Translations under genes and position numbers: made by a program
Shown: positions 15,267 through 31,770 of the stretch, one piece after another
Layout: every line of letters begins with the position of its first letter
Numbering within the stretch: position 1 is the stretch's first letter
From: the human T2T-CHM13v2.0 reference genome, Homo sapiens
DNA length: 64,000 nt
Reading direction: 5' to 3' (one strand)
NCBI RefSeq assembly: GCF_009914755.1
Contig: NC_060942.1
The notes under the pieces: model-generated
What the model was told of the DNA's origin: nothing
The model's database searches: none
Seen by the model: the letters and a program-made list of their open reading frames with translations, nothing else

Positions 15267-18200
15267 TAACCTGTCAATAAATATTTGTTTTTAGGAGCCC
15301 CCTAAAGTAGGTAGGAGAGTGTTAATATGATCATTTGACAGATAATAGAGGTGCGGGACAAAAGCTGACAGAGTGGGCTCGTGGTCTATTGTCCCAGGGC
15401 TCAACGCCCTACCCTTGACATTATGATGTTCATTCCACTCATTTAGTAATTTACTTAATACAGGGAACTGGAACTTGACGCAACTTAGGGCAGGCGGGTG
15501 AAGAAGACAACCTCTTCCTTTCTGGAACAAACCACAGTTTGAGGAACACAATGACAGAACTCGATAAAAAGGGAAGAAACCAGACTGCTCCGGTCATCTG
15601 ACGGCTCTTCAATGAATCTGTAATTCACTCACGGAGGGCCTGACCATTCACTGCGCATCTGCCGAAGAGGAGGAAGGGGCCGGAGGAAGTGAGATCGATG
15701 GCCTCGGTTCCAGCATGATTTCGCCTTTCCAGCACCCTATCTAAATTAAGAACAGGGCACTGCGCTGCGTTTAGGGGCATTAGCTCTGAGATCTTGTCCG
15801 GGACAGGTCCCTTTTCTGCTCTGGGCTCTTCTTGTTTAAAATTGAGGAGTAGACTACCATCTCGAGGCCAGTGAAATTCTAGACTCTTCATTCTGTTTTT
15901 CAGGATTTTTTCTTTTCTTTTCTTTTAAAATCTGAAACGGGAGCTTCCGCATTTATTATTTGCACGTGGTTTTGAGGCGCACTCCTGGCCACATCACAGC
16001 TATGTTCTCTTGCCTCTGGGAAATACATAAAATGCCTAGCAACAGTTCCTGGTGGCGGCTGGTCCCCATAAACGCCGCTGGTCGGCCCCCACCCCACCTC
16101 TATACCACGACCCCTCTCCCAGCCCGGGGACTGTGGTATGGAGGCCGAGAGAGGCCCATTTTAAGGAAGAAGCAAGACATATGCACCATCCCATCCAAGG
16201 AGTAAACAGGCGGGGGGGAGGTGGGCGTGGCCTCGATCAATCACATCCCCTGAAGCTGCACCACATGCACATTTTAGGCTGGAAATAAGAAAGAATTTCC
16301 TGGCTGTAGGAATTGTTAAATAATAGGGCGGATGACCAAGGGAGGTTCCGGAATCTCCTCTTGAGATCTTTAAAAATGCGATACAAGATCGCATGTCTGA
16401 GATGATTTCTTGCAGTCCTGGCTAGAGACAGACGGACTAGGTGCCTTAACGGGCCTGACCCTCCTCCCAAGGCATATGATTCTGTCTTTTGCTTTCTCTT
16501 ACCCTTAGCAATATCCTCAGTGCCTCCTTTATATGTTCATCCCCCTGGTGAAGCTCACTTACTGCCATCCCTCAGGCTAGTTTTCACCCAATCCCTAGCC
16601 TCCTCACACCTTTCCTTGTTATTTTATGGAAAGCTGGTCAAAGGTCAGAGTTGCCCAACTCCCCACACATAGTTTGGTGGTAGCATCTGATACCCAGACA
16701 AAACACGGCAAGGATTCCAATACCAGCATATTGAAGCTTAAACACCAAATCTGGATGGAAACAGAGAATTAGCTGTTGCTAACAACCCATTGTAAATGAA
16801 AATATGATCTTGGTAATTGATTTTAAATAGTTTTTTTTAAAAGAACCCTTGGCCGCATTTCATCAAGAATACAGAGTTTCAAAAGCGTTCATTCCAGGGT
16901 TGGATTTTTTTTTTTTTCCTCTTTCTTCTGGCTTAAACCCCAAATGGCCAAGATCCCAGTCTGAATAAACAATGTGGGTGGTGACTTTTCTGTGAGGCCC
17001 AGTAGAGGATGCAATCACTTTCTTATTCGGTTCAACATTAAATCATGTGAAACTAGCCTGATTACTCCACACAACTTTTACTCCGTAATGGAGGGCAACA
17101 CAACATGTATTCTTTCTCTGCTTCTCAGGGAGAAAGAAATGAATTCTCCTAACTGGGAGTGTTTAATTATGTATAAAGTTCGTTGACCTCACAGGCGGCT
17201 GTCAGATGATCTTGCTAAGGCCTGTGAATGGCATCCCAGGAATGCAGTGATGTGGGCAGAAACCGAGTGAGTTCATGCCACCGAATGCTTTAAATGGGAC
17301 CGAATCAGCAGCCGTCCAGAAAGACTCCAGCGAAAACAGAACTTTTGGATAATCAGTAATTTAATCTCACCTAAGCATTTTGAGGCCTTCAAAAGTGATT
17401 GTTATAAATCAGAAACTCAGGAAAAATCCCATAGGCATGGGGCCCATAACAACGGGGTGAAGTAATTTTGTTTGCTGGTTATTGCCACAGCTGGTTGGAA
17501 ATGTATGTATTTGCAATGTTCTGTCCCCGTTTTAGAGGTAATGCTTTCTGACTTCCCTGCTACTGACATTAAAAGAAAATGATGAAGCAATCCCATTCAT
17601 AAATACATGGTGGGGCCTGAAGGAGTGTGCAGAGTCTATGTTTATTTACAGTTTTGATATAATGCAGCCTCCACATGTGTATGCAGTAACTATACCTACT
17701 TGTCAGTAAATGCCTTGAAATGTGTTCTTCCTACGCAGAGGGCTGGGTTCTCCTCTTTGGGCTCAGGGAGCGGAAGGGTACCAGCAAGATGAGCGTATGG
17801 ATTGTGTGTTCTCTTTTGTCTCTACCTGGAGCATCCCCATCTGTCTATTGTGAAAGGACCAGGAAACGCTGGGAGACGGGCTGGCATGTGCTTCTTGGTA
17901 ACAAGAGAGCAGAGCCCCTGGAGAGCTGTGGGATGGCTAACTGCGGGAGCCCTGCTACTCCGGGTAGGGGAGAGGCGGGGGCCTGTGAAATAGGTGGGCT
18001 TGGTGCTTCTTATAACATTTAAATTACCTGATTGGGGGTCCAATATTATGTTCCTTCAGTAGCTTTCTCACCAAACACACATTTTATCCATCCAAATATT
18101 ATGCTTTCGGCTGGTAAAACTTCACAGGATTATATTCTAAAACAAAACTCTGCTGCATTCATGCTGGTACCTTTATTGTTATGAGTATAAAGAAAGGGAG

Positions 18201-18421
18201 GCTGGAATTTAGCCAATAACTTTGACACCCTGCTGGAAGCAAAATGGAAGGGGCCTCCCCTGAGCATCTCTTAGACTAACCTAAAAGTCTTGAATCTTTT
18301 TCCAAATCAATCACCTAGGTTTTGAGTGCACAATGTCTGTCTGCATCCAATTCGAGTTAATTCAATAGATATTTGGAAAACACAAATAATGGACAAGGCA
18401 ATTCTGGTGACATAAAAATCA

Positions 18422-18739
<318 letters not shown>

Positions 18740-18939
18740 TTAATCCCAACTGGGAGGATTTGGGTAGTTTTCATGCATGGAATCTTCCCAGGGTTGGGGG
18801 CTGAACCCTTAAAGGGGTTCAATAGGCCAAAGGGAAATGGGAACTTACCAAAATCTCAGTTCACACTCGCATGCATTGTGGAGAAGAGAGAGATGTAATT
18901 GTCACTGAGTCCTGCTATTCCATGGTTAGGGTTCTATAA

Positions 18940-19263
<324 letters not shown>

Positions 19264-19927
19264 TAGTCCACTTGATATTTGAGGGTTTCCCCACAGAAGC
19301 CTTTCTTTAAGACCCATAGCATTTAATATTACACTGTGAAGTGAACAATCAGCAAAAAAGAAAAGGAATTCCTTCTGTCTTCCCACCCTGATAAAGGAAG
19401 CCTTCCTTCAAATGTTCAAAAATTTTCTATAAATATGATCATCCCCATAGTTACAGGGGAAATATGCTTCTAGATAAAGGAATCTGGACACAAAGTAATA
19501 TTCTAAATCACTTCCACTCTTTTGGATACTACAATTTATAAAATTCCATGAAGGAAATTAGCCTGATTTCTCATGAAGTTCCCTATTGGGAAATCACTGT
19601 GTGCCACAGTTATGGAAGCAATATCTTTGTGCATTTCCCAATTCCCTGCCTTTGTTGGAGGCTCTCATCATCTCTAAACTACCACAGCAATTTAGCTATT
19701 TCTTGTCTGTAGTACGTGCTGCATTCTGCCTGGTCAGAGGTAAAGATGAATACATGACTTGTCTCTGTTATTTGAGTACATAACTTGTCTCTGTTACATT
19801 ATAAGCTCTTGGAAATTAGAGACTGATGTACTTATCTTTACATTCCCCAGCGTCATTAACAGGGTTGGTGTCCACTGAAAGAATGAACAAACGAGTCAGT
19901 AAATAAATACCATGAAAATATCTATAG

Positions 19928-20141
19928 CATGGGTTGGAAAACATTTCCAGTGAAAAACCAGATAGCAAATATCTTAAGCCATATGGTCTCTATCATAATT
20001 ACTCAACTCTGATGTTGCAGTGTGAAAGCAGACATAGACAATACATAGCAAATGGGCATAGCTATGTTCCAATAAAACTTTATTTACAAAAGCACGTGGT
20101 GAGCAAGATTTGGCCCACAGGCCATAGCTTTCTAACTCCCG
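19928..20141. mobile_element. MER58-type hAT element
   Basis: gctatgttccaataaaactttatttacaaaa...gatttggcccacaggccatag. Confidence 0.75.
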
Positions 20142-22029
20142 GTCTTTGGTGGTTATCCTTGCTGTAAACCTCAGTATATTCTTTACGCTTTTACATAGCG
20201 CTTGTTATTTTCAATAATGAGACAAAGTGCAGAAAACATAAATGTTAAAGGGTTGTTTTGGAACTCTATAGCAATAAATTCACTTAAAAACCAATCACAA
20301 AGCACATATGGAAATTAGCTGACCCACCAAGCATATTTCATGGTCACCTATTTTGTATATTGTATTCCTTTAAAGCGAAAAATTCTTATCCCAAGAAATA
20401 AGGGTAGTAGTTTTGCCATTTACGTCATCATGACTGAGATAACTTGATATGATAAGATCTCAGAGTTACTGAGTGAAAGGTCTGGTGCTAGGTCATGCTG
20501 AACTTGACACTCTCCTGGGAAAGGGGAAGAAATGCTCCCCCATCCTGCTGTCCAGCAGATCATCTGGTCTCTAATTTTACTGCTAAAATCATTCCCGAGG
20601 TTATTAATGCAGAAGATACTCCTTTTTCTTGATAACCCTCTGGAAAATATCCAGCTAGAAAGAGCACAATAGAATCTCACAAGTTCAGCAAACACACAGA
20701 AAAGTCAAGAGTAACTACGAGAATCTGATGAAAACAAGATGTCCCGGCCTGCCACCCTGGCCTGATTTGAGAGTGCCTCACCCGTCATTACTCTTGTCTC
20801 GCTATCAGGTCACCTTTCGTAAAAAATACAACTTTGAAAAGGAGTTGGATTTGAATTGTGGCCGACACTAATAGGATGCAAAGTCCTAGGTCAATTGCTT
20901 GGTTTGGAACAAATTCAACTAGTCCTTTCCAAGGTATGAGGAAATATACAACAAACAATGTACCAATGAGCACCCCGGCTGACATTTTGTGAGATGGGTG
21001 ACTCCAAGGTGTAGATCTTCAAACTGCGTCAGCTATCCACAGGTTGTGATGAAACAGTTCTACAGATTTCTTCTAAGAAGGAAAAAAAGAATGAAATTTG
21101 AGTCTTTCCATTATGCCAAGCTTCTCCTCAACACCAGACCAAGTAATGGGATGAATTCTGTGCCTTAAGAATATGAGAAAACAGAGGCTTGGAAATGGAA
21201 GGTGCCATGAGGCAGTCAAAAGACCTGAGATCACATCTACCACATTCAACCCATGTGACATGAGGCAGATTATCTGACTTCAATGTCACTTGATGTCCTA
21301 ATTTTCAATGCAGGGCTGGGAAGCACACATTATTGAGGAGAAATCAGGGAACACATGATATAGAGCCCAATTTATTTCAACAAACCCTGAGACCCCATTG
21401 TGTGCCAGTGTTGGAGAGTGCAAAACGGCTGTCAGGGATTCTGAGTATAGCGTAGGTGAGCATTCCATGGGGAGAGCATCACATATTGCTTTATTTGCAA
21501 CACTCCAGTGCCCAACTATCCTGAGTTCCTCTCTTCTGTTTATTGAATTTCCTCCCCTGCCAGTTCACCACAATCCCTTATTACCAGTCCCTCCTCATTA
21601 AAACATCCCCCCTCACCCCTGCCACAAAACAAGGAGGGCATTCTCACCGTTCTCCAGAACAGGGCTGTAGCAAACAACTTCACGTATGTGAAGTGGTATG
21701 ATTTATACCAGCTTAATTGATATTAGATAAAATTTCAAATTGCTGAAAATGCATGTGGCAATGCACATAGGAATCTTACTGCAATCTGGGTTTGGGGTAA
21801 GATGTATAAAAATAAAGACAAGAGTTTGAAAGAGGGATCAGGTGGAGAAGACAATGAAAGGGAACGGAGAGGCGCTGGAATATTGTGAAATGCCCCAAAA
21901 AGTTGTTTACAGTAATTTAGGACAAATTCCTACACCTCAGTTACGGTCGTCTTCAAGTAACATGGATTGGGTAAGGTATGTTCTTCAAGGCGAAAATCAC
22001 TGAATATGAAGTGCAAATTCATCAGCATC

Positions 22030-22513
22030 TGCACTACTCACAATAGCAAAGACACAGAAACAACCTCAATGCCCATCAGTGATAGACTGGATAAAAAAAA
22101 TTTGGTACATATACACCATGGAATGAATACTTACTATACAGCCATAAAAAAGAATTAGATCATGTCTTTTGCAGGAACATGGATGGAGCTGGAGGCCATT
22201 ATCCTAAGTAAACTAACATCAGGAACAGAAAACCAAATACTGCATGTTCTTACTTATTAGTGGGAGCTAACTGATGAGAACACATGGACATATACAGGGG
22301 AACAACACACACTAGGACCTATCAGAGGATGAAGGGTGGGAGGAGGGAGAGGATCAGGAAAAATAACTAATGAGTACTGGGCTTAAAACCTGGGTGACAA
22401 AATAATCTGTACAACAAAGCCCCATGACACAAGTTTATCTGTGTAACAAACCTGCACATGTACCGCTGAACTTAAAATAAAAGTTAAATTTAAAAATAAA
22501 AATTAACATTAAA
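22030..22513 (+). mobile_element. 5'-truncated older L1PA 3' end
   Basis: L1 3' UTR ending aacctgcacatgtaccgctgaacttaaaataaaag; TSD aaattca(t/c)cagcatc at 22015-22029 and 22514-22528. Confidence 0.92.
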
Positions 22514-22924
22514 AAATTCACCAGCATCCCACTGTGAAGTCTGTGCAGGGAGGAGGGGTAATGTCCCAGGGTGAGGGCTGAAACTCTTTGCTCATAATTC
22601 TCTCCTGCTCCCACTCCGGGAAATCGAGCATGGGAATCTATGGAGAACACCTGATCTCCATTTCCTTTAAAATAGCCTCTTAGGCTGTGTTTACAGAACA
22701 CAAACCAATGGCTCAAGAGAAAAAATATGAATAAGTCAAGGGACTAATATGACAAATTTTCAATTCAATCTAATATCGAGATAGATGCTCCTAATGTCTT
22801 CTGAGGCTTCATGAGAACATTATCTGCTCCTCTCTTCTGGCTTTCAACTTCATTATTACTGAAAACTTCTACTTGAAATACAAAATATTGGAAGAGTCAC
22901 TCTCAAGATTTCTAGAAGTTTCGC

Positions 22925-23529
<605 letters not shown>

Positions 23530-24474
23530 GATTTCCAGAAGTTTCGTTTGGCAGAGTAAATGGACTCCCCTTATCAGTATGTCTAGAATAATCCAGGTAA
23601 AATGTTGCTGCAACCAACTGTTCTAAAGTTAACTTCTCTGGCGTGCTACTTCAGCATTGAGAAACAGGACCAGATGAGTTCATTTCATCCGTCCTAGGCA
23701 GTATTCTGGGCAGAGCAAACAGAAAATCTCAAGGAAAGAAAGAAACTTTCAGAGCCCGCTTTGGGCCTCTGTGGATTCCTTTTTTAAGCGTTACAAGATT
23801 GGTCCTAGACCACAGATGCAACTTTTGGATGTCAGATCCACCAGACAGATGTTTTCCCTTAAAGCTGTTGTCTCTCTCTCAATCTGTTTATAGCGTGTTT
23901 CCATTTCAGCCTGCACCTTCCTTAAGTTCTCACTGCTAACTGCACGTCCTAAAGGTTTCTTGCCTCCACACACAAAAGGCTATTTTTCTATCATGTGTTC
24001 TGTTTTCCATAAGGAATGCACCCACTCTTCGGGTGACCTGTTAACCCATTACTGGTGTGTCTGCTTCCTGGGTCATCTTCGAGAAATGTGCCAAACGCTC
24101 CATATATATATTATTAATCCCCCAAGTTGTGTGGTGCCAGAAAGAGTTTTCTTCTTAGAAATAAACTACTCAGGCCACATGACTGGTATTAGCTTCTTAA
24201 ACCAATTGAGCATCAACTGATGGACTCTCATAATGTGGTCAGGGTTACTTATTCAAACCTGTGTTTTTTGGTTCTGAGCTTGTAGATGGTCTTCATATAA
24301 GTCAGACCAAGGAACTCCATTTCTATATCAATTAAGCAGATTCTCAGTGCCAATACATTTCAACCAATAGATTTCAAAGACTCATCCACCTTCTCTCACT
24401 GTAGATTTTTCCAGAATATGATTCAGACTAAAAGCAGGACAGCATCTGCTGCCATTTCTCATACATAAAAGTAC

Positions 24475-24800
24475 AGGGAGACAAGGGAGTTTCTTGGTAG
24501 GGATGGAATAACCCTGTGTCCTGATGGCGGTGGTGGTTACAGGAATCTAGACATGGGGTGAGATACACACACACATACAAATCAGTGCACATAAACCATG
24601 GTGAAATCTGTTTAAGGCCTAATACTAACGTCAGTTTCCTGGTATTGATAATGTGATGCTATATACATGATACCATTTACTATTGTTATGCAAGACGTTA
24701 CCATTCAAGAAGCAGGATGAAGAGTACATGGGCCCTCTCTGTACTATTTTTGCAACTTCCCACAAGTCTATAATTATTGCAAAATAAAAGTTTTTAAAGT
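24475..24800 (+). mobile_element. L1MC/MD-type 3' end
   Basis: ctctctgtactatttttgcaacttcc...aaaataaaagtttttaaa. Confidence 0.75.
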
Positions 24801-25318
24801 TCTATGAGAAAGTTACTGCCTATAAGGCAGTAGCTTGCCCAACTTAGCCCGATTGAATTTGAAGCTCTAAACTGCTTCTTTCTTCTACTCACAGTATTTT
24901 TAAGTATTTTCCACAACTTTCCTCTAAGAAATGGAGTCTACTGACTTTCTAATCTGTGAAAGGTATCCTTTGTCAATATGAGAGCTCTAGAGAGTGGGTG
25001 GGGTGGGATCAATAGGTTTTTGAAAAGTTCACACTGGGTTCACCAGCATCCTGCATTACAACGAGCATTCTAACAAAACAGCATCTTTCAGCTGTTTTGT
25101 GGATGTTCCCAATGACCTAGAGGTTTAAAGAGGCATCAGGTCATAGTCCCAAGTGGCAAACATATACATGAGGTCATTCAGTGGGAGAGGAGTCCGTTTG
25201 TTCTTCCTTCTGTCTCCAAGTTTTTCCTCAGGACTTCTCAGGGCTGGCTCCTCATCTCACAGGCCTCAAGCCAAAGAAACAGGTCCTGTGAAACTCATAT
25301 TTAAACTAGCCTTCCCCC

Positions 25319-25636
25319 TGTATTAGTCCGTGTTCACGCTGCTGGTAAAGATATACCCAAGACTGTGTAATTTATAAAGAAAATTATAAATCACAATCAT
25401 GGTGGAAGGCGAAAGACATGGCGGCAAACAAGAGAAAATAACAGAACTTGTGCAGGCAAACTCCCCTTTATAAAACCACCAGGTCTCATGAGACTTATTC
25501 ATTATCACAACAGCACAGGAAAGACCCGCCCCCATGATTCAATTACATCCTACCCGCTCCCTCCCATGACATGTGGGAATTGTGGGAGCTACGATCCAAG
25601 ATGAAATTTGGGTGGGGACACAGCCAAACCATATCA
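25319..25636 (-). mobile_element. THE1-type MaLR solo LTR
   Basis: tgtattagtccgtgttcacgctgctg...gggacacagccaaaccatatca. Confidence 0.9.
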
Positions 25637-26163
25637 CCATCCTCCCCAGTTACACCCTACGTTATCCATTTTGTTGTCTGCCACGTTCTTATTTTTCGGT
25701 TTTACTTATTGCCCATGTGGCACCATGAGAATTGTGTCCCTTTGCTCACACTGTGTCCCCAGCACCTAGGACAGTGTGTTATTTGTTGACTGAAAGACTG
25801 AAGAAATGAATGAAACATTCCTAAAGCCATGGCCCATTCTTAGACAATGGTGATTGTCAAACATGCAGATCATTATTAAATAGCCTCAATTAATGATCAT
25901 CTAGGTTAGTTTATGTAGGTAATGATCATTTTTATGTTTGGCTACGAGAATAAACAAGACAAATTTGAGTGATGTCTTCAACACTAGCAGCTGAGCTCAA
26001 GTGCTATGGGGAATCCCAATGAAAAGCCATGATTCCTATTGAATTTTCTGACCGGGCTAGAAAGAGATCAGTAGGCAGGTAGATAGATGGGGAGATAGGA
26101 ATGAACATATACTCAAGTACACATACACACGCACATTTTCTCATCTTTGAAGATGCAACAGGA

Positions 26164-26463
<300 letters not shown>

Positions 26464-28316
26464 TAGGATCTTGGTACTTCCTTTATCCTTGCAAGTCAAC
26501 CTGCAAAGAATGGAAATCTTCTACTAGGGGAAGAACCAGAAAAACATCAGGGAGATAGGTTTTCTGGGCATAGGTAGGCAGAGCACTAGGGAGAAGGAGT
26601 TCCCTGTTGCGGCTGGTGGAGAGCGTCCTGAATGGTGTCATCACCTCCACTGTCTGGACTCACAAGGTCATGAGAGGTCAGGAGTGAGGGATGCCCTGTC
26701 ACCAAGCCACCATTCCAGTGCCAAGCTGGCCTCCCCATCACGTCACATCAATGTTTAAAAGAGGAGAGGCTTCAGATAATCTACCATGCCCAAGATGTCG
26801 TAAGAAAACTTAGAGGGTTATGTTTATAGACATAGTGAAATATATTTTTTTAATTACTAACCTTACATGCATCTGCTTTAGCAAGGAAAAAAAAATTCCC
26901 CCAAAAGACTCCTTCAAAATCATGGGAATAAGAAACAAAGAGGCCAATGACCCCATAACTTTAAAAGCATACATGGTGCCAAGCAGCCCAAAAGTTAGCC
27001 TTCTGATACCAGAGTCAGCATGTGCTGACTGACTCCCCTTCATTTCACGCTTCTCTTAAAAGAAAACAGGCTGGATTGTTTCAGTAAATAACAAAAGGTC
27101 AGAGAAACGCTACTCACAACATGAGCAAAATAACTGCTCAATCTGCCAAAATGTTTCCAAAGGCCTAACAGGCAGAAAAATCCAGTGGTGAAATAATCCA
27201 CGGATCTGACCGGTGAGAAAAGGTCCTTCCCAGTAAAATCTGCCATCAGGCCTCTGGCTCATCTTTCATCAATGAGAAATAAAAACAAACTACGTCGTCA
27301 GGTTCTGCCAACATTGAGATGCCATGTCCTTCACAGTAAAGCAAGGTTGTCTACTACATAGTTTTTAGACTTCTCGCCTTAGATTATATTTTGACTTTAA
27401 GGCCAAGTGTAGAAATGGTGGTCAAATAACTATGTACTCAAAAACGAAGTCCAAAGAGTCCATTTTGTAAAATCTTCTCCTGAATGAAACTTCCCATTGG
27501 TTTAGCTCCTACGTTCATTTTATCTGCAGAATTTCTCCGTGGTGAACTGGATGCTAATACCATTATAAGAGCTTCATAGAGAGACAGAGAATAAGCACAT
27601 CTGAGAGAGAAATCAGGACTTTGCACCCTGGGGATACTGCCTCAACTGAATCTGCATCAGTAATTCGGTGGGATATTGTCTCCCCCAAGGCATCCCTGCT
27701 ATTAGCCATGTAGACAATGCCACCACTAATGGCTTATTGCCAGCCTTGTTGCAGAGGTGGGATCTTATCCATTTCCGCCCTCCACAGGATCTTGCGAGGT
27801 CAGTGCTCAGCACATTCACTGGGTTGAGTCAATGCCCCTATATTGTACCTCATTCTTGGTTTAAAACCATAGAGCAGCACTTCACAGAGTATTTTCCATG
27901 AAATACTGGTCCTGTAAGATGCTACTTGGGTGCAACATAATTCTGATTCCATGAAGAAATAAGCTTTAGAAATGCTTCCTACTATGACTACATTCCCCAA
28001 TTTCAGAATCATCATGCATATGGGCATATTAAAGAATCAGAGAAGTCCTGCAGGAAAGAAACCTGGTGAAGTTAGCATTTCCCAAATGCTTTTCAGAAAC
28101 CTTTTTTCAATTAACATCTATTCCCATCCTCAGCAACTAGTGTTTTGGAGAGGGCATCCTGGGGAACATTACCTCAAAATAGTTTCCAATTCATGTCTAA
28201 TCACATTTAATGTGTCACTAAGTCCAATTGGTTCTTCCTTCACCATATAAGATTGTGATCAGTCCTGTCCATTTAACACCCTACTGTTAATCTCCTAGTC
28301 TCAACTTAATGCTTCA

Positions 28317-28757
<441 letters not shown>

Positions 28758-29927
28758 TCACAACATGACACGTTTGACTCACTAAAAAAAATGGTAGTTT
28801 CAGGCACCACTCTCTTCCTCCCCGTCTACTTGGTGAACAGGAATTAGAGCAGCAGGCCCCCAGTGTGGAAGGAAAGGGAAGCCAGTGCTGTGGAGTACCC
28901 ACTGAATGCCGCACCGCACACTTGCACATACATCCTCTCACTTCAACTCAGCAAGAACTCTGCAGGGCGGGTATTTTACAGACCAGGAAGCCCAAGACCA
29001 CACAGTAAGCAAGTAGCTGTGCCAGGATCTGAGCCAAGAACAGTTTGACTCCAAAACATATACTCCTGCTAGTGTATTATACTCTCTCTCGACAAGGAGG
29101 CCCTCCATAAAAGCACACTGAATCACATAGTAAACTAGGAACTGCACATCTGAAGTTGGTGGCTGCAACTACTACCGCTACTGCAAAGGAGAACATATAG
29201 TGAGTCTTTGGTTTTCCATCAAAATAGCCTATCATTTGTGAATGTAGGAAAGAGTGAATTTTTACCATTCATGAAAAATGAATTAAGTTAATGAAGTCAT
29301 AAACACTAATTGAGAGTATTACTGAATACACAAATAATATACCTGCAAACTTTTACAGGACCATTTAATGTTAGGGCTTGTTGGCTTCTCCTGTCAAGTC
29401 ATTTTTGATGGTTGGTTATTTTTCATGAAATCTACAATGGGCACAAGCCCAGTTAATATGATGACGATGATGATGGTTTATTTTCATTGTATACACAAAA
29501 ACATATACTATTCAAAGCCGTTGGAGTCTTAATGGAGAATGGAAACTTTCTCCAGGGATAGACAATTGATAAACTCTAGGAGTACCCTTTTTCATATTCA
29601 TCCTTCCATATTTGCATCTTTTGAGGTACTTGGAATACTGTTAAGTGATTTTTCTTCCCACTTACTAGGGATTTGCTGTCTTTTGAAGAATTTCTGAAAC
29701 AAACATGTGGTCCATAAGTCCAAGTAAAATATTTTAAAAACAACAACAAACCAATAAACAGCAAATAATAATGGTCACAAATCCATGAATAATCAAATTT
29801 AATAAAATATTGACATGCAAGGATTTTTATTGCTTATTACAATCACTAACATGCAACCCAGCTTATGGATACCACGGAGTTCCAATATTGGTGGGTGGGG
29901 ACATTTTTAATTTTAGTATTTAAAAGT

Positions 29928-30307
29928 TGTAGGGGAGAGAGAAATGGCTTTCCTCCACCGCTCTGGGTTTCTTGGCTGGGTTATGAATTGACGTAAGACA
30001 AATTAACAGAAAGAAACCCCATATTTAATAATGTAGGTGCACATGGGAGTCCCACAAAATATGAGACTTGAAGAAGGGTCACACGGTTGAAACTCATTTA
30101 GCATCCTGAGCTATGGAACGGAATAGGGGCTTGGGGCTTCTGGGGGTGGTGGGGACACAAGCTGTGCGTTGATGAGGGGAGGCTCTGTATGGTGGGTCAA
30201 GTGTGTCTTATTATGCAGAGAAAGTCTCTCAGGTACTAGAAATTATATTGGAACAGTCCTTGGAAAAGGAGATGATAGTCTGGGGTGGCATGTCCTGAGC
30301 CCCTACA
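29928..30307. mobile_element. ERV1 (MER4-group-like) solo LTR
   Basis: Termini TGTAGGGG...CCCCTACA and exact 4-bp TSD AAGT (29924-29927, 30308-30311); family uncertain. Confidence 0.75.
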
Positions 30308-30349
30308 AAGTCAACCATGACTGTGTAACCTTAAGAAAAAGAGTGACTA

Positions 30350-31012
<663 letters not shown>

Positions 31013-31257
31013 TGAACTTTAGCATTAAAGTATGCAAAGAAGCCACAAGGATAGATTTATGTCTCTACCAATCTTTTAGTCCTCAAATATAAGTAATCCT
31101 AATATTCTTAATATCTTAAAAAAGACACCAATGAGATCTTCATTCACAAAGATTATTAGATATAGTGAAGTAAATATTTACAAGGAAACAAAACCTGTTA
31201 AAACTTTAACATTCGTGTCACATCTTACTGACAGAAAATTTGCTTTTGAAAGCCAAT

Positions 31258-31305
31258 TTTGAGTTTTATTTCCTCACTTTCTTTGAGTTTTATTTCCTCA
31301 CTTTC
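31258..31305. repeat. Perfect 24-bp tandem duplication
   Basis: tttgagttttatttcctcactttc x2. Confidence 0.95.
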
Positions 31306-31376
31306 TGCATATGTCCTCATATCTTAGTGGGAGAGCTCTTACCAAAAAATAGTATTTTACTTCCTTCCATACCTAT

Positions 31377-31770
31377 TGATACGGTTTGGCTGTGTCCCCA
31401 CCCAAATCTCATCTTGAGTTGTAACTCCCACAATTCCCACATGCTGTGGGAGGAACCCGGTGGGAGGCAATTGAATTATGGTGGTAGGTCTTTCTGCACT
31501 GTTCTCATGATAATGAATGAGTCTCACAAGATGTGATGGTTTTAAAAATGGGAGTTCCCTGCACAAGCTCTCTTTGCCTGCCACCATCCATGTAAGATGT
31601 GACTTGCTCCTCTCCTCTTGTCTGCCACGTGAGATGTGCCTTTCACCATCCACCGTGATTGTGAGGTCTCCCCAGCCACGTGGAACTGTATGTCCAATAA
31701 ACCTCTTTCTTTTGTAAATTGTCCAGTCTAAGGTATATCTTTATCAACAGCGTGAAAACAGACTAATACA
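31377..31770 (+). mobile_element. THE1-type MaLR solo LTR
   Basis: tgatacggtttggctgtgtccccacccaaatctc...aacagactaataca. Confidence 0.92.
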
